The notes under the pieces: generated by a model
The model's database searches: none
The model's input: only the letters and a program-made list of their open reading frames with translations
What the model was told of the DNA's origin: nothing
DNA from: an uncultured Gemmatimonadales bacterium
GTDB taxonomy: Bacteria > Gemmatimonadota > Gemmatimonadetes > Gemmatimonadales > GWC2-71-9
Assembly (NCBI GenBank): GCA_963830455.1
Contig: CAWHMT010000002.1
Span: forward strand, 879,569-943,568
Direction of reading: 5' to 3'
DNA: 64,000 bases
Program-made: the position numbers and the translations under genes
Part shown: piece after piece, positions 29,499 to 39,230 of the stretch
Numbering within the stretch: position 1 is the stretch's first letter
Layout of the letters: each line of letters opens with the position of its first letter

Positions 29499-29833
29499 GT
29501 GGGGTGCTGTTCCTGGCGCTCGCCGCGGTGTTGGCGTGGGGTGGGACGGTCGGCCCGGGGAAGACGACCGTGCGCTGGTTCGTGGCCCTGGCGCTGGCGG
29601 GCTGGGGCGTGTGGACGCTGCGCCAGGAGCGGACCCGGATCGAGCAGGTGTACTGGCAGATCTTCGCGCTGGGACTCGCGATCGTCTCGGTAGGCTGGCT
29701 CATCCCAGCGAGCGGCAGCCGCGGGCTGATGGTCATCGGTGGGATCGTGGTGCTCGTGTCGGCCGGGCTGTTGCTGTGGTCCTGGATCCAACGTCGCAAC
29801 GCATCAGACCATGACGCGGATCGCGCGGGCTGA
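29483..29833 (+). CDS. Small four-TM membrane protein
   Basis: Four hydrophobic segments; overlaps both neighbouring genes. Confidence 0.7.
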   Translation: MRRQLSGVLFLALAAVLAWGGTVGPGKTTVRWFVALALAGWGVWTLRQERTRIEQVYWQIFALGLAIVSVGWLIPASGSRGLMVIGGIVVLVSAGLLLWSWIQRRNASDHDADRAG

Positions 29834-30956
29834 GCTCTACGAGCTGACGCTGCCGCTCGTCGAGCCGTTCGTCATCTCGGGCGGTGCGGTGACGGAGCGT
29901 CGCTCGCTCATCGTGGTGTTGCACGACGACGCGGGGCACGTGGGCTACGGCGAGTGCCCCCCGTTTCATCTTCCTTTCTATTCAGAGGAAACGCTCGCGG
30001 GCGCGCGCGACCTGATCGAACGCGTGTTGTTGCCGCGCGTCAGCGCGCGGGAATTCGACGACCCCGTTCCCGAAGCGATCGCAGCGGCGCTGCGCGAGGG
30101 CGTGCGCGGCAACTGGTTTGCGCGCGCCGGTGTCGAGACCGCCGCGTGGGACCTCGAAGCGCACGCGCGCGGCACCGGCCTCGCCGCGCTGCTGGGCGAG
30201 CGACTCGGCGTGGCGCCGGCGGCCGCGGTCGACTGTGGCGTGGCGCTCGGGATTCCCCCGGACCGCAACGCCGACGTCCTGACGCGGTGGGTCGCGGACG
30301 CGGTCGAGCGCGGCTATCGGCGCGTGAAGATCAAGGTGGCGCCTGGCTGGGACAGCGTCCCGGTCCGGGCGGCGCGCGCAGGGATGTCGGGGGGGGGGAC
30401 GGAGCTGCCGCTCACCGTGGACGCGAACGGCGCCTACGAATGGCCGCAGGACGAGCGGGCGCTGCGCGCGCTCGACGATGCCGGGCTGCTCTACATCGAG
30501 CAGCCGCTCCATCCCGACGAGCTGGTCGGGCACGCGCGGCTGGCCGAAGCGTTGCGCACGCCGGTGTGTCTCGATGAGACGTTGCGCGATGCCCGCGCCG
30601 CCCGGCAGGTCATCGCGCTGAACGGTCCCACCGTCTGGAATATCAAGGTTCACCGCGTGGGTGGTCTCACGGAGGTGTGTGCGATCTACCGGCTGGCCGC
30701 CGACTACGGGGCGAAGCTGTGGGCGGGCACGATGCCCGAATCGGGGATCGGCTCGCAGGCGGCACTCGCCGCGGCTGCCCTGCCGCTCTTCGTCTATCCG
30801 TCCGACCTGGAGCCGTCGAGCCGCTGGTTCGGGCGCAACGGCGACGTGATCAAGCTCGCGATGAGCAAGGACGGCCGCATGGCAGTGCCGCAACAGTCCT
30901 GCGGCCGCCTGCTCGACCCCGGACGGTTTCGGCTCTTGACCGCGCCTGTACTTTAG
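29811..30956 (+). CDS. o-succinylbenzoate synthase / N-acylamino acid racemase (enolase superfamily)
   Basis: 'GYGEC', 'YSEET', 'KIKV', 'VDANGAY', 'IEQP', 'CLDE', 'NIK..RVGG', 'YPSDL'. Confidence 0.85.
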   Translation: MTRIARAELYELTLPLVEPFVISGGAVTERRSLIVVLHDDAGHVGYGECPPFHLPFYSEETLAGARDLIERVLLPRVSAREFDDPVPEAIAAALREGVRGNWFARAGVETAAWDLEAHARGTGLAALLGERLGVAPAAAVDCGVALGIPPDRNADVLTRWVADAVERGYRRVKIKVAPGWDSVPVRAARAGMSGGGTELPLTVDANGAYEWPQDERALRALDDAGLLYIEQPLHPDELVGHARLAEALRTPVCLDETLRDARAARQVIALNGPTVWNIKVHRVGGLTEVCAIYRLAADYGAKLWAGTMPESGIGSQAALAAAALPLFVYPSDLEPSSRWFGRNGDVIKLAMSKDGRMAVPQQSCGRLLDPGRFRLLTAPVL

Positions 30957-30963
30957 GGGCGCG

Positions 30964-31425
30964 ATGAACAAGCCAAACATTGAGTACTGGGCCGGGCATC
31001 TCTACCTGAGTCCGCGCCAGCGCCCAAAGCCCGACCAGCCCGTTCGTGATTTGCCCCCGCGCGCGGCCCAGCGATTCAGGAAGGCGCGCGAACAGCTGCG
31101 CAGTCTGCGCCACGTGACCGAGCAGGTGGTCTACCTTGGCACCACCTGGAAATGGGTGTGGATGTACGAAGTCGGGGGCCGGAAGCTCGGGTACCTCCAT
31201 CCGATGCAGTCAGGCGTCAGCGGGACGTTCGTGTTGTCGGGACTCGAGGAGCAGGAGATCGGCGCGACCAACGGGTTGCCGCGCGTGATCAAGCAGGCCG
31301 TGCGCGATGGAACGTTGTTTGACGGCGTGCGCCATTGCTGGATGGAATTCGAGGATCTGGACGGCGTGCAGGCGTTTGTCGACGTCGTCCGATTGAAATA
31401 CCAACTACTGGCGCGTCCAGAGTAG
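30964..31425 (+). CDS. Hypothetical protein (DUF3788-like)
   Basis: ATG with RBS; 'YLGTTWKWVWMY..GGRKLGYLHP' pattern. Confidence 0.6.
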   Translation: MNKPNIEYWAGHLYLSPRQRPKPDQPVRDLPPRAAQRFRKAREQLRSLRHVTEQVVYLGTTWKWVWMYEVGGRKLGYLHPMQSGVSGTFVLSGLEEQEIGATNGLPRVIKQAVRDGTLFDGVRHCWMEFEDLDGVQAFVDVVRLKYQLLARPE

Positions 31426-31519
31426 CCGTTGTTACATTCGTGAGCCTTCGGATGTAATCGCAGGCCACACCGAACCGAACCACTTAGGCATCAGAGGCCA
31501 TCTGCGTTCAGCTGCGGTC

Positions 31520-32089
31520 GTGGTGTTGATCCTCGCCCTCCCGCCTGTGGGCCTTCGCGGCCAGCAGGCCCAACCCGCTTCCTCTGCGGCACCGCGGTAC
31601 CAGGCTCCCGTCATCAGCGACACCGGCGATCTCAAGGGTCCGCGCCAACCGATCTTTTTCCGTCACGACATTCACGCGAATCAGGACCAGATCCCGTGCA
31701 TGTACTGCCACTACTCGGCATCGATTGCGAGCGAGCCGGGGATCCCGTCGCTGCAGACGTGCATCGGGTGTCACCAGCTGGTCGGGGGCTCGACGCCGTC
31801 GCACCAGGCCGAGATCAGGAAGGTCCGCGATGCGTGGCGCGAGCGAAAGCCGCCAGAGTGGATCCGCATTCACGCGCTGCCCGGCTTCGTGCGCTTCCCG
31901 CACATGCGCCACATCAAGGGCCTTGGCACCACGCTGGGCGTCGAGGCGAACGCCACCTGTGCGACGTGTCACGGCGACGTGAAAACCATGCCGCAGGTTT
32001 CCCTGGTCGCGACGCTGAAGATGGGGTGGTGCGTGCGCTGCCACGTCCAGAACAAGGTGAGCCGCGACTGCAGCGTGTGCCACTACTGA
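31520..32089 (+). CDS. actA: Alternative complex III pentaheme cytochrome c subunit
   Basis: Five CxxCH motifs (CMYCH, CIGCH, CATCH, CVRCH, CSVCH), 'QPIFF.HD.H', 'LKMGWC'; start may lie a few codons upstream. Confidence 0.88.
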   Translation: MVLILALPPVGLRGQQAQPASSAAPRYQAPVISDTGDLKGPRQPIFFRHDIHANQDQIPCMYCHYSASIASEPGIPSLQTCIGCHQLVGGSTPSHQAEIRKVRDAWRERKPPEWIRIHALPGFVRFPHMRHIKGLGTTLGVEANATCATCHGDVKTMPQVSLVATLKMGWCVRCHVQNKVSRDCSVCHY

Positions 32090-32090
32090 T

Positions 32091-35069
32091 ATGACAGAAC
32101 CGATCAATCGCCGCCGCTTTCTGAAGGTCCTGGGTGTCACGGGCGCCGGCGCGGCGGCCGTATCGGCCTGCGGCATCGGACCCGAGCCCACCGAGCGCCT
32201 CATCCCGTATCTGATCCAGCCCGAGGATCAGATTCCCGGCCTGGCCACCTACTATGCGACCACCTGTCGCGAGTGCGCGGCGGGCTGCGGCCTGCGGGTC
32301 CGGGTGCGGGAAGGACGCGCGGTCAAGCTCGAAGGGAATCCCGATTCGCCGATCAACCGCGGCCGGTTGTGCGCGCGCGGGCAGGCGGGGATCCAGGGTC
32401 TCTACAATCCCGATCGCGTCGCGCATCCGATGGTACGCAACGCCGGCGGCGCGTTCGAAGCGATCGATTGGGACGGCGCGCTTCAGCGCCTGAGCGCCAA
32501 AGTCGCCGAAGCCCGCGGCAAAGGCATCGTGTTCCTGACCGGCGCCGAAGTCTCCAGCTTCGGCGATCTCGTGGACGAGTGGATGCGGCAGGTGGGCGGT
32601 CGGCGCCTGAGCTATGAGGCGTTCGGCTTCGACGCGCTCCGCGCCGGCAACCGGCTGGCGTTCGGCACCTCGTCGCTGCCGGCCTACGACTTCGCCAACG
32701 CCAAGTACGTCCTCTCCTTCGGGGCCGACTTCCTCGACACCTGGCTGTCGCCGGTCGAGTTCCAGAACGGTTTCTCCCGCGCGCACGCGTTCGACGGCGG
32801 ACGTCCCGCCTCAATGGCAAAGTTCGTCTACGTCGGGCCGCGCATGTCGTTGACCGGCATGAATGCCGACGAGTGGGTCGGCGTGCGCCCCGGGACCGAA
32901 GGCGCGCTCGCACTCGCGATGGCGCAGGTGATCGTCAGCCGGCGGCTCGCCGCGGTTCCCGCGGACGCCGGCCGGCTCTCGGCCCTGCTCTCGGCCCACA
33001 CGCCCAGCGCGGTTGCCGGGGCGATCGGCATCGAGCAAGGCGTGATCGTGCGCCTTGCGACCGAGTTCGCCAATGCGCGCGGCGGTCTGGCCGTCGCGGG
33101 CGGCATGGCCGCGCAGTACGCGAACGGCGCGGAAATCGCGGCCGCCGTGAACATCTTGAATTACGTGGCGGGCTCGGTGGGCTCGCTCGTCAAATTCGGC
33201 GCCGATCTCGCGGTCGGCTCGACGAGCAGCTTCGGCGACATCGCGGCGCTCACGGCCGACATGGAAGCGGGCAAAGTCGGATTGCTCTTCGTCCACGGCG
33301 CCAATCCCGCCTATTCGCTCCCCGGCAAGTTCCAGCAGGCGCTCAGCAAGGTCGCATACAAGGTCAGCTTCTCGTCGTACATGGACGAGACGGCGGCCGG
33401 GTGTGACATGATCCTGCCCGACCATCACCCGCTCGAGCAGTGGGCCGACAGCCGGCCACGCGCGGGCGTAACGGCGTTCCAGCAACCCGTGGTGCAGCCG
33501 GTATTCGACACCAGGCAAACCGGCGACGTCGTGCTGCGGCTCGCCGGGCGCAGCGGCACGTTCCAGGACTATCTCCAGGCGAAATACCGCACCGGTCGCG
33601 GCGCGGGATTCGATCAGTTCTGGCTGGATACGTTGGCCACGGGCGGCGTCTACGGCGACGCGCCGACGCGGGCCGTGCGCCTCGGAGACGTCTCGAATCT
33701 CGTCGTTGCTGCTCCGGTTGCCACGAACGGCGAGCAACAAGACGTCGTGGTCTTCCCGCATCCCGTGCTGCACGATGGGCGTGGGGCCAACAAGTCGTGG
33801 CTCCAGGAGCTGCCCGATCCGGTTTCGAAGATCGCCTGGCACAGCTGGGTGGAGGTGCACCCCGACACCGCCAAGGCCTGGGGCATCGCCACCGGCGACT
33901 TCCTGCTTCTGAAATCCGATTTTGGCGGTCAGAAATTCCCCGTCTGGATCACCGCGTCGGTGCGGCCGGATGTACTCGCGGTGCCGACCGGACAAGGCCA
34001 CACCGCGTACGGTCGCTACGCGCAGGATCGCTCCGCCAACGCGTTCGAGTTGCTCGGCGTCCAGCCGAACAGCTACGGCGGCCGCACCTTCATGGTGAGC
34101 GCCTCGGCGACGAAAACCGGCGAGCACCGCAAGATCGTCACGACCGAAGGCAGCCCGCGCGAGCGCGGCCGCGGCACCGTCGAGGTGCTTGGCGTCGCGC
34201 GCGCCAGGGCGCTGCACGCGGGCGATCATCCGTTCCACCACGCAGAGACGCCCGAGTACGCCGCGGAAGCAGTCGAATGGTGGGCGGAGCGGCAGCACGA
34301 GAAAGCCGAGCTCGGCGACTATCGCGGCGAGCAGCCTCGCTGGGGGCTCGCGATCGACCTGTCGAAGTGTACCGGCTGCTCCGCGTGTGTGACCGCCTGT
34401 TACGCCGAGAACAACATCGCGACGGTCGGCGAGGATCTGATGCAGCGAGGCCGCGAGATGTCGTGGCTGCGGCTCGAGCGCTACTGGCTCACCGACGAGC
34501 ACGGCGAGCCGCAGGGCGCCGTGAACTCGCCGATGTTGTGCCAGCAGTGCGGCAACGCCCCGTGCGAGCCGGTGTGCCCCGTGTACGCCGCCTACCACAC
34601 GCCCGACGGCCTCAACGGGCAGGTGTACAACCGCTGCGTCGGCACGCGCTACTGCTCCAACAACTGCCCGTACAAGGTCCGCTACTTCAACTGGTACAAC
34701 TACGCGGAGCGCGAGGGCGCGTATGAAGCGTGGCCCGAGCCGCTGTCGATGCTGCTCAATCCCGACGTCACGGTGCGCGAGAAGGGCGTCATGGAAAAGT
34801 GCACGTTCTGCGTGCAGCGCATTCGGGGCGCGCAGAATCAGGCGCGGCTCGAGGATCGCAACGTGCGCGACGGTGACATCGTCACCGCCTGCCAGCAGAG
34901 CTGCCCGTCGGACGCGATCGTGTTCGGCGATCTCAACGATCGCCGGTCCCGCGTCTATCAGCTCGCCGGCAATCCGCGCGGCTATCACGTGCTCGCCGGG
35001 TTGAACACGAAGCCCGCGATCACGTATCTCGCGCGCGTCGTCGCGCAGGACACGCCGAGCCATGGCTGA
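32091..35069 (+). CDS. actB: Alternative complex III subunit B (molybdopterin-oxidoreductase-like domain fused to Fe-S domain)
   Basis: Tat motif 'NRRRFLK', lipobox-like 'VSAC', 'WLQELPDPVSK..W', Fe-S motifs CTGCSAC, CQQC..APC..VCP, CVGTRYCSNNCPY, KCTFC. Confidence 0.93.
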   Translation: MTEPINRRRFLKVLGVTGAGAAAVSACGIGPEPTERLIPYLIQPEDQIPGLATYYATTCRECAAGCGLRVRVREGRAVKLEGNPDSPINRGRLCARGQAGIQGLYNPDRVAHPMVRNAGGAFEAIDWDGALQRLSAKVAEARGKGIVFLTGAEVSSFGDLVDEWMRQVGGRRLSYEAFGFDALRAGNRLAFGTSSLPAYDFANAKYVLSFGADFLDTWLSPVEFQNGFSRAHAFDGGRPASMAKFVYVGPRMSLTGMNADEWVGVRPGTEGALALAMAQVIVSRRLAAVPADAGRLSALLSAHTPSAVAGAIGIEQGVIVRLATEFANARGGLAVAGGMAAQYANGAEIAAAVNILNYVAGSVGSLVKFGADLAVGSTSSFGDIAALTADMEAGKVGLLFVHGANPAYSLPGKFQQALSKVAYKVSFSSYMDETAAGCDMILPDHHPLEQWADSRPRAGVTAFQQPVVQPVFDTRQTGDVVLRLAGRSGTFQDYLQAKYRTGRGAGFDQFWLDTLATGGVYGDAPTRAVRLGDVSNLVVAAPVATNGEQQDVVVFPHPVLHDGRGANKSWLQELPDPVSKIAWHSWVEVHPDTAKAWGIATGDFLLLKSDFGGQKFPVWITASVRPDVLAVPTGQGHTAYGRYAQDRSANAFELLGVQPNSYGGRTFMVSASATKTGEHRKIVTTEGSPRERGRGTVEVLGVARARALHAGDHPFHHAETPEYAAEAVEWWAERQHEKAELGDYRGEQPRWGLAIDLSKCTGCSACVTACYAENNIATVGEDLMQRGREMSWLRLERYWLTDEHGEPQGAVNSPMLCQQCGNAPCEPVCPVYAAYHTPDGLNGQVYNRCVGTRYCSNNCPYKVRYFNWYNYAEREGAYEAWPEPLSMLLNPDVTVREKGVMEKCTFCVQRIRGAQNQARLEDRNVRDGDIVTACQQSCPSDAIVFGDLNDRRSRVYQLAGNPRGYHVLAGLNTKPAITYLARVVAQDTPSHG

Positions 35070-36414
35070 GCACGCGCCGCCGTCGCGCGTGACGTACGAC
35101 TATGTCACGCGGACCATCGCGCGCACGCTGGGCTCGCCCACGCGCGGCTATTTCCTGCTGCTGGGCGCCGCGGTGGCCCTGCTGCTGGTCGGCATCGTCA
35201 CGCTGCTGTACCTGCTGCGCTACGGTCTGGGGCTCGCGGGCTACTCGCACCCCGTGTACTGGGCGGTATTCATCACCTGCTTCGTGTTCTGGGTGGGTAT
35301 CGCGCACTCGGGCACGCTGATCTCGGCGATTCTGTTCCTGTTCCGCTCGGGCTGGCGCACGGCGGTCTACCGCACCGCCGAGGCGATGACGGTGTTTGCC
35401 GTGATGACGGCGGGATTGTTCCCGCTCATTCACATCGGCCGGCAGTGGTACTTCTACTGGCTGATCCCGTATCCCAACGAGCGGGGCCTCTGGCCCAACT
35501 TCAAATCCCCGCTGATCTGGGACGAGTTCGCCATCGGGACGTACTTCACCGTCTCGACCGTCTTCCTCATCATGGGTCTGATTCCCGACATCGCGGCCGT
35601 CCGCGATCTCGCGACGGGCTGGCGCAAGAAGCTGTACGCCCTGACGTCGCTGGGCTGGACGGGCGCCAACGAGCAGTGGCGGCACTACACGCGCGGATAC
35701 CTGTATCTCGCGGCCCTCGCCACGCCGCTGGTGCTCTCGGTGCACAGCGTCGTGTCGTGGGACTTCGCGATGTCGATCGTGCCCGGCTGGCACGCCACGC
35801 TATTCGCGCCGTACTTCGTCGCCGGCGCGATCTATTCCGGCGTCGCCATGGTGATCACGCTGCTGGTGCCGATCCGGAAGCTGTTCCACCTCGAAGAGAT
35901 CATCACGCTGCACCATTTCGAGAACCTCGCCAAGCTCTGCCTCCTCACCGGGTCGATCGTGAGTTTCTCGTACATGACCGAGAACTTCGTCGCCTGGTTC
36001 AGCGGCAATCCGCACGAGCGCGCGGCGTTCTGGTATCGGGCGTTCGGCGAGTACTGGTGGGCGAGCTGGACGATGAACATCTGTAACGGGCTGCTGCCGT
36101 GGCTGCTGTGGTCCAAGACGGTGCGCACCAACATCACGGCGCTGTTTGTGATCTCGATCTTCGTGAACATCGGGATGTGGTTCGAGCGCTACGTCATCAT
36201 CGTGGTGTCGCTGGCGGGCGAGCCGTACCAGCCGTGGGCGAACGCGGTCTACAACCCCACCTGGGCCGACTGGGGCATCATGGCCGGCAGCTTCGGGTGG
36301 TTCTTCATGTGGTTCCTCTTGTTCGTGAAGAACTTCCCCGCGGTGTCGATCAGCGAGGTGAAGGAAGTCCTGCCGCCGCCCAAACGGCCGGCGGCCCGAG
36401 CGGGAGCGCACTGA
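35062..36414 (+). CDS. actC: Alternative complex III NrfD/PsrC-type quinol-binding subunit
   Basis: 'FVFWVGIAHSGTLISAIL', 'AEAMT', 'HIGR.W', 'SPLIWD', 'LSVHSVVSWDF', 'GMWFERY'. Confidence 0.93.
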   Translation: MAEHAPPSRVTYDYVTRTIARTLGSPTRGYFLLLGAAVALLLVGIVTLLYLLRYGLGLAGYSHPVYWAVFITCFVFWVGIAHSGTLISAILFLFRSGWRTAVYRTAEAMTVFAVMTAGLFPLIHIGRQWYFYWLIPYPNERGLWPNFKSPLIWDEFAIGTYFTVSTVFLIMGLIPDIAAVRDLATGWRKKLYALTSLGWTGANEQWRHYTRGYLYLAALATPLVLSVHSVVSWDFAMSIVPGWHATLFAPYFVAGAIYSGVAMVITLLVPIRKLFHLEEIITLHHFENLAKLCLLTGSIVSFSYMTENFVAWFSGNPHERAAFWYRAFGEYWWASWTMNICNGLLPWLLWSKTVRTNITALFVISIFVNIGMWFERYVIIVVSLAGEPYQPWANAVYNPTWADWGIMAGSFGWFFMWFLLFVKNFPAVSISEVKEVLPPPKRPAARAGAH

Positions 36415-36416
36415 TC

Positions 36417-36980
36417 ATGGCCACCCATCTGCGCCTGCCGCTTCCCAAGCCGCTCCAGGACATCATTCATCCTCCGCCGACGCCGGGTGTGCTCGGCGTC
36501 TTTTCGTATCTGGATTCGATGCTCGACGCGATCAAGAAGCTGCGCGCGGCCGGGCACACCGACTTCACCGTCTATTCCCCGATCCCACGTCACGAGATCG
36601 AGGAGGCGCTGGGGCAGTCCGTGAGTCCGGTCCGCGCGTTCACGCTGATCGGTGGCATCGCGGGCTGCGCCGTGGGCGCCTGGCTCACGCTGTGGATGTC
36701 CTACGACTGGCCGGTGGTGGTCGGCGGCAAGCCGGTCGGTTCGATCCCGCCCTACGTCATCATCATGTTCGAGATGACGATTCTGTTCGGCGCGCTGTCC
36801 ACCATTCTCGGCATCGTGTTCAACGCCGTGTTCGCGGCCCGGCGCGCGGGCACGATCCAATACGACGAGCGCTTCACGAACGACCGCTTCGGCATCTTCG
36901 TCCCCGCCGATTCGGGCAAAGCCTCGGGCGTCGAATCGCTCCTGAAGCAGAGCGGGGCGGAGGAAGTGCGCCGTGGCTAA
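36417..36980 (+). CDS. actD: Alternative complex III subunit D (DUF3341)
   Basis: 'YSPIP.HEI', 'DWPVVVGGKP', 'FEMTILF', 'RFTNDRF', 'GAEEV'. Confidence 0.88.
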   Translation: MATHLRLPLPKPLQDIIHPPPTPGVLGVFSYLDSMLDAIKKLRAAGHTDFTVYSPIPRHEIEEALGQSVSPVRAFTLIGGIAGCAVGAWLTLWMSYDWPVVVGGKPVGSIPPYVIIMFEMTILFGALSTILGIVFNAVFAARRAGTIQYDERFTNDRFGIFVPADSGKASGVESLLKQSGAEEVRRG

Positions 36981-37506
36981 GCGCGTCTGGCTCGTCGGTG
37001 CCCTTGCGCTGCTCGCGGCGTGCAATCCCGACGATGTCGTGCACAAAGTCGGCTGGTTCGCGACGATGCGGCATCAGCGCAACATCAAGCCGTACGCGCG
37101 GCCGATCCCCCCCGTCGCCGGCACCGTGCCCGTGGGGGCCACCGAGCCACCAGTGACGCTCGAGAACGCCGACCGGCTCGCGAATCCTCGCACGCGCACG
37201 GCCGAGTCGTTGAATCGCGGCCAGTGGGTCTACCAGACTTATTGCCTGGTGTGCCACGGCGAGCGTGGTCGTGGCGACGGCCCCGTGTCGATCGGCGGTG
37301 GCGGGCCGTTCCCCGGAGTCCGGTCGCTCGTCGATCCCGCGCGCCCGCGCCTGACCGACGGCGCGCTGTATGGCATGATCGTCGACGCGCAACGAATGGG
37401 GCGCGGGCTCATGCCGCGCTATGGCGACAGGATTCACGGCAACGATCGCTGGGATGTCGTGAACTATGTCCGCAGCCTCCAGGTGCTCGAGCGAGGCAAC
37501 CGGTGA
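36973..37506 (+). CDS. actE: Alternative complex III monoheme cytochrome c lipoprotein
   Basis: Lipobox 'LAAC', 'PVAGTVP', CLVCH, 'G.GLMPRY', 'DRW.VVNYVR.LQ'. Confidence 0.88.
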   Translation: MAKRVWLVGALALLAACNPDDVVHKVGWFATMRHQRNIKPYARPIPPVAGTVPVGATEPPVTLENADRLANPRTRTAESLNRGQWVYQTYCLVCHGERGRGDGPVSIGGGGPFPGVRSLVDPARPRLTDGALYGMIVDAQRMGRGLMPRYGDRIHGNDRWDVVNYVRSLQVLERGNR

Positions 37507-38711
37507 CCGTGGCGAACGTCAGCCGGGCGGATCTCTCACAGAAGGCGCGCCAGGCGCCCGTCGCGCGCGTCATGCTGGTGGGCGCGATCGCGGCGATCCT
37601 CGGCGGCATCGTGCTCGCGCTGGGTCTGCGGGGCGGTCATCCCGAGCGGACATGGTGGGCCTACCACGCGAACTTCATGTTCTGGATCGGGCTGGCGCAG
37701 GGCCTGGTCGTGTTTGCCGCGACCCAGAAACTCGCCAAGGGGCACTGGTCCGGCGTCATCATTCGCTTTGCGGAAGCCGGCGTCGCGTTCACCACGGTTG
37801 CCGTCGTGCTGTTCATCGGCCTCTTCATCGGCCGCCAATACATCTTCACGTGGATCCACGAGCCACGACCGGAGGTCGGTTGGTGGCTCACGACCAACTG
37901 GTTCTTCCTCCGCAACGGGGCGATCCTCGCCGTCCTGTCGTGGCTATCGTGGCGCTTCGTGCGGCGCGACACCGCGCCCGACGTACGTGAGCTCGCCGCC
38001 GGCGCAGCCGTCGATCGCAAGGAAGACTCGGGCCCGATCTCCCGCGACGCGGCGATCCTCGTGCTCGCGTTCGCAGCCGGCTACAGCCTCCTGGCGTTCG
38101 ACTTGATGATGTCGCTCGCCCACAAGTGGGTGAGCAATCTGTTCGGCTTCTTCTACGTCATGGGGAGTTTTCTATCGGCACTCATGCTGCTCGCGATCCT
38201 CGGCATCACGTTGCGGCGCGCCATGGGTCTGGACGGGATCTACAGCAAGCGCCAGCAACACGACCTCGGCAAGCTGTGCTTCGGCTTCAGCGTGTTCTGG
38301 GCGTACCTGATGTTTTCGCAGTACCTCGTCATCTGGTACGGCAATCTCCCCGAGGAGACCTATTTCATTTTCTATCGACTCGCGGGTGCCTGGCGGCCGG
38401 TCGGCATCGCCGTGTTCTTGCTCATCTTCCTGATACCGTTCATCGGCTTGCTGGGCGAGAAGCCGAAGAAGTTCGCTCCCACGATGCTGGCGTTCGCGAT
38501 CGTCAGCCTCACCGGCATCTGGTTGGAGCGCTACCTCGAAATCGTACCCTCCATCAACCACGGCGCTGGTCCCGCGCTCGGCATTCCGGAAGTGGGGATG
38601 GCGCTGTTCTTTGGCGGGCTGTTCGTCCTCTCCTGGGGCTGGTTCGCCGCTCGCTATCCCATCATCTCACCGCGGCTCGCGGCCGACGCGTTGGAGCGCG
38701 AGCACCACTGA
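37503..38711 (+). CDS. actF: Alternative complex III subunit F
   Basis: 'FDLMMSL..KW.S..FG', 'HDLGKL.FGF..FWAYL.FSQYLVIWYGNLPEE'; GTGA overlap start. Confidence 0.9.
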   Translation: MTVANVSRADLSQKARQAPVARVMLVGAIAAILGGIVLALGLRGGHPERTWWAYHANFMFWIGLAQGLVVFAATQKLAKGHWSGVIIRFAEAGVAFTTVAVVLFIGLFIGRQYIFTWIHEPRPEVGWWLTTNWFFLRNGAILAVLSWLSWRFVRRDTAPDVRELAAGAAVDRKEDSGPISRDAAILVLAFAAGYSLLAFDLMMSLAHKWVSNLFGFFYVMGSFLSALMLLAILGITLRRAMGLDGIYSKRQQHDLGKLCFGFSVFWAYLMFSQYLVIWYGNLPEETYFIFYRLAGAWRPVGIAVFLLIFLIPFIGLLGEKPKKFAPTMLAFAIVSLTGIWLERYLEIVPSINHGAGPALGIPEVGMALFFGGLFVLSWGWFAARYPIISPRLAADALEREHH

Positions 38712-38804
38712 CGCCGTCGCAGTCTAAGACACGAGATCCCGAACTGTCGCAGGAACCCGGTGTAGGAGTAGCGGGTTTGTCATCTACCCACACCGGAGGT
38801 AGCA

Positions 38805-39149
38805 ATGCGATTCGCGCACTTGGCCGTCGCCGTCGCGCTTGGGCTGGCAGTCGTTTCAGCGTGCAGCGATTCCACGAGTAGCAGCACCGGCGGGCACAGC
38901 ACGACGATCACCGTCAGCAACAACTCGTTCAATCCCACACCCGATACGGTTCCCCCAGGGCAGGTCACATTCAACTGGGTCAACGCCTCGAACTCGCACA
39001 ACGTGACGTGGATCACAGGGCCGGGGACGTTGCCGGCAAACTCTGGCACCATGACGACGGGGACGTTTCAGCCGACGCTCGTCGCGGGCACCTACACCTA
39101 TCACTGCACGATCCACTCGAGCATGCAAGGCACCATCGTCGTTCAGTAA
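38805..39149 (+). CDS. Cupredoxin (plastocyanin/amicyanin-like) lipoprotein
   Basis: Lipobox 'VSAC', 'HNV' and 'YHCTIHSSM' type-1 Cu ligands, GGAGG RBS. Confidence 0.85.
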   Translation: MRFAHLAVAVALGLAVVSACSDSTSSSTGGHSTTITVSNNSFNPTPDTVPPGQVTFNWVNASNSHNVTWITGPGTLPANSGTMTTGTFQPTLVAGTYTYHCTIHSSMQGTIVVQ

Positions 39150-39230
39150 CCGAGGGGAACACCCGGGCGGCGGCCTCGCATCCTGCGCCATAGCTTCTCA
39201 GCGAGATCCTTCCCGAGCCCTGGAGGCAGT

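Noticed and set aside
29811-30956. Calling this gene menC of menaquinone synthesis
   Set aside because: No other men genes in the window, and this subfamily also acts as an N-acylamino acid racemase.
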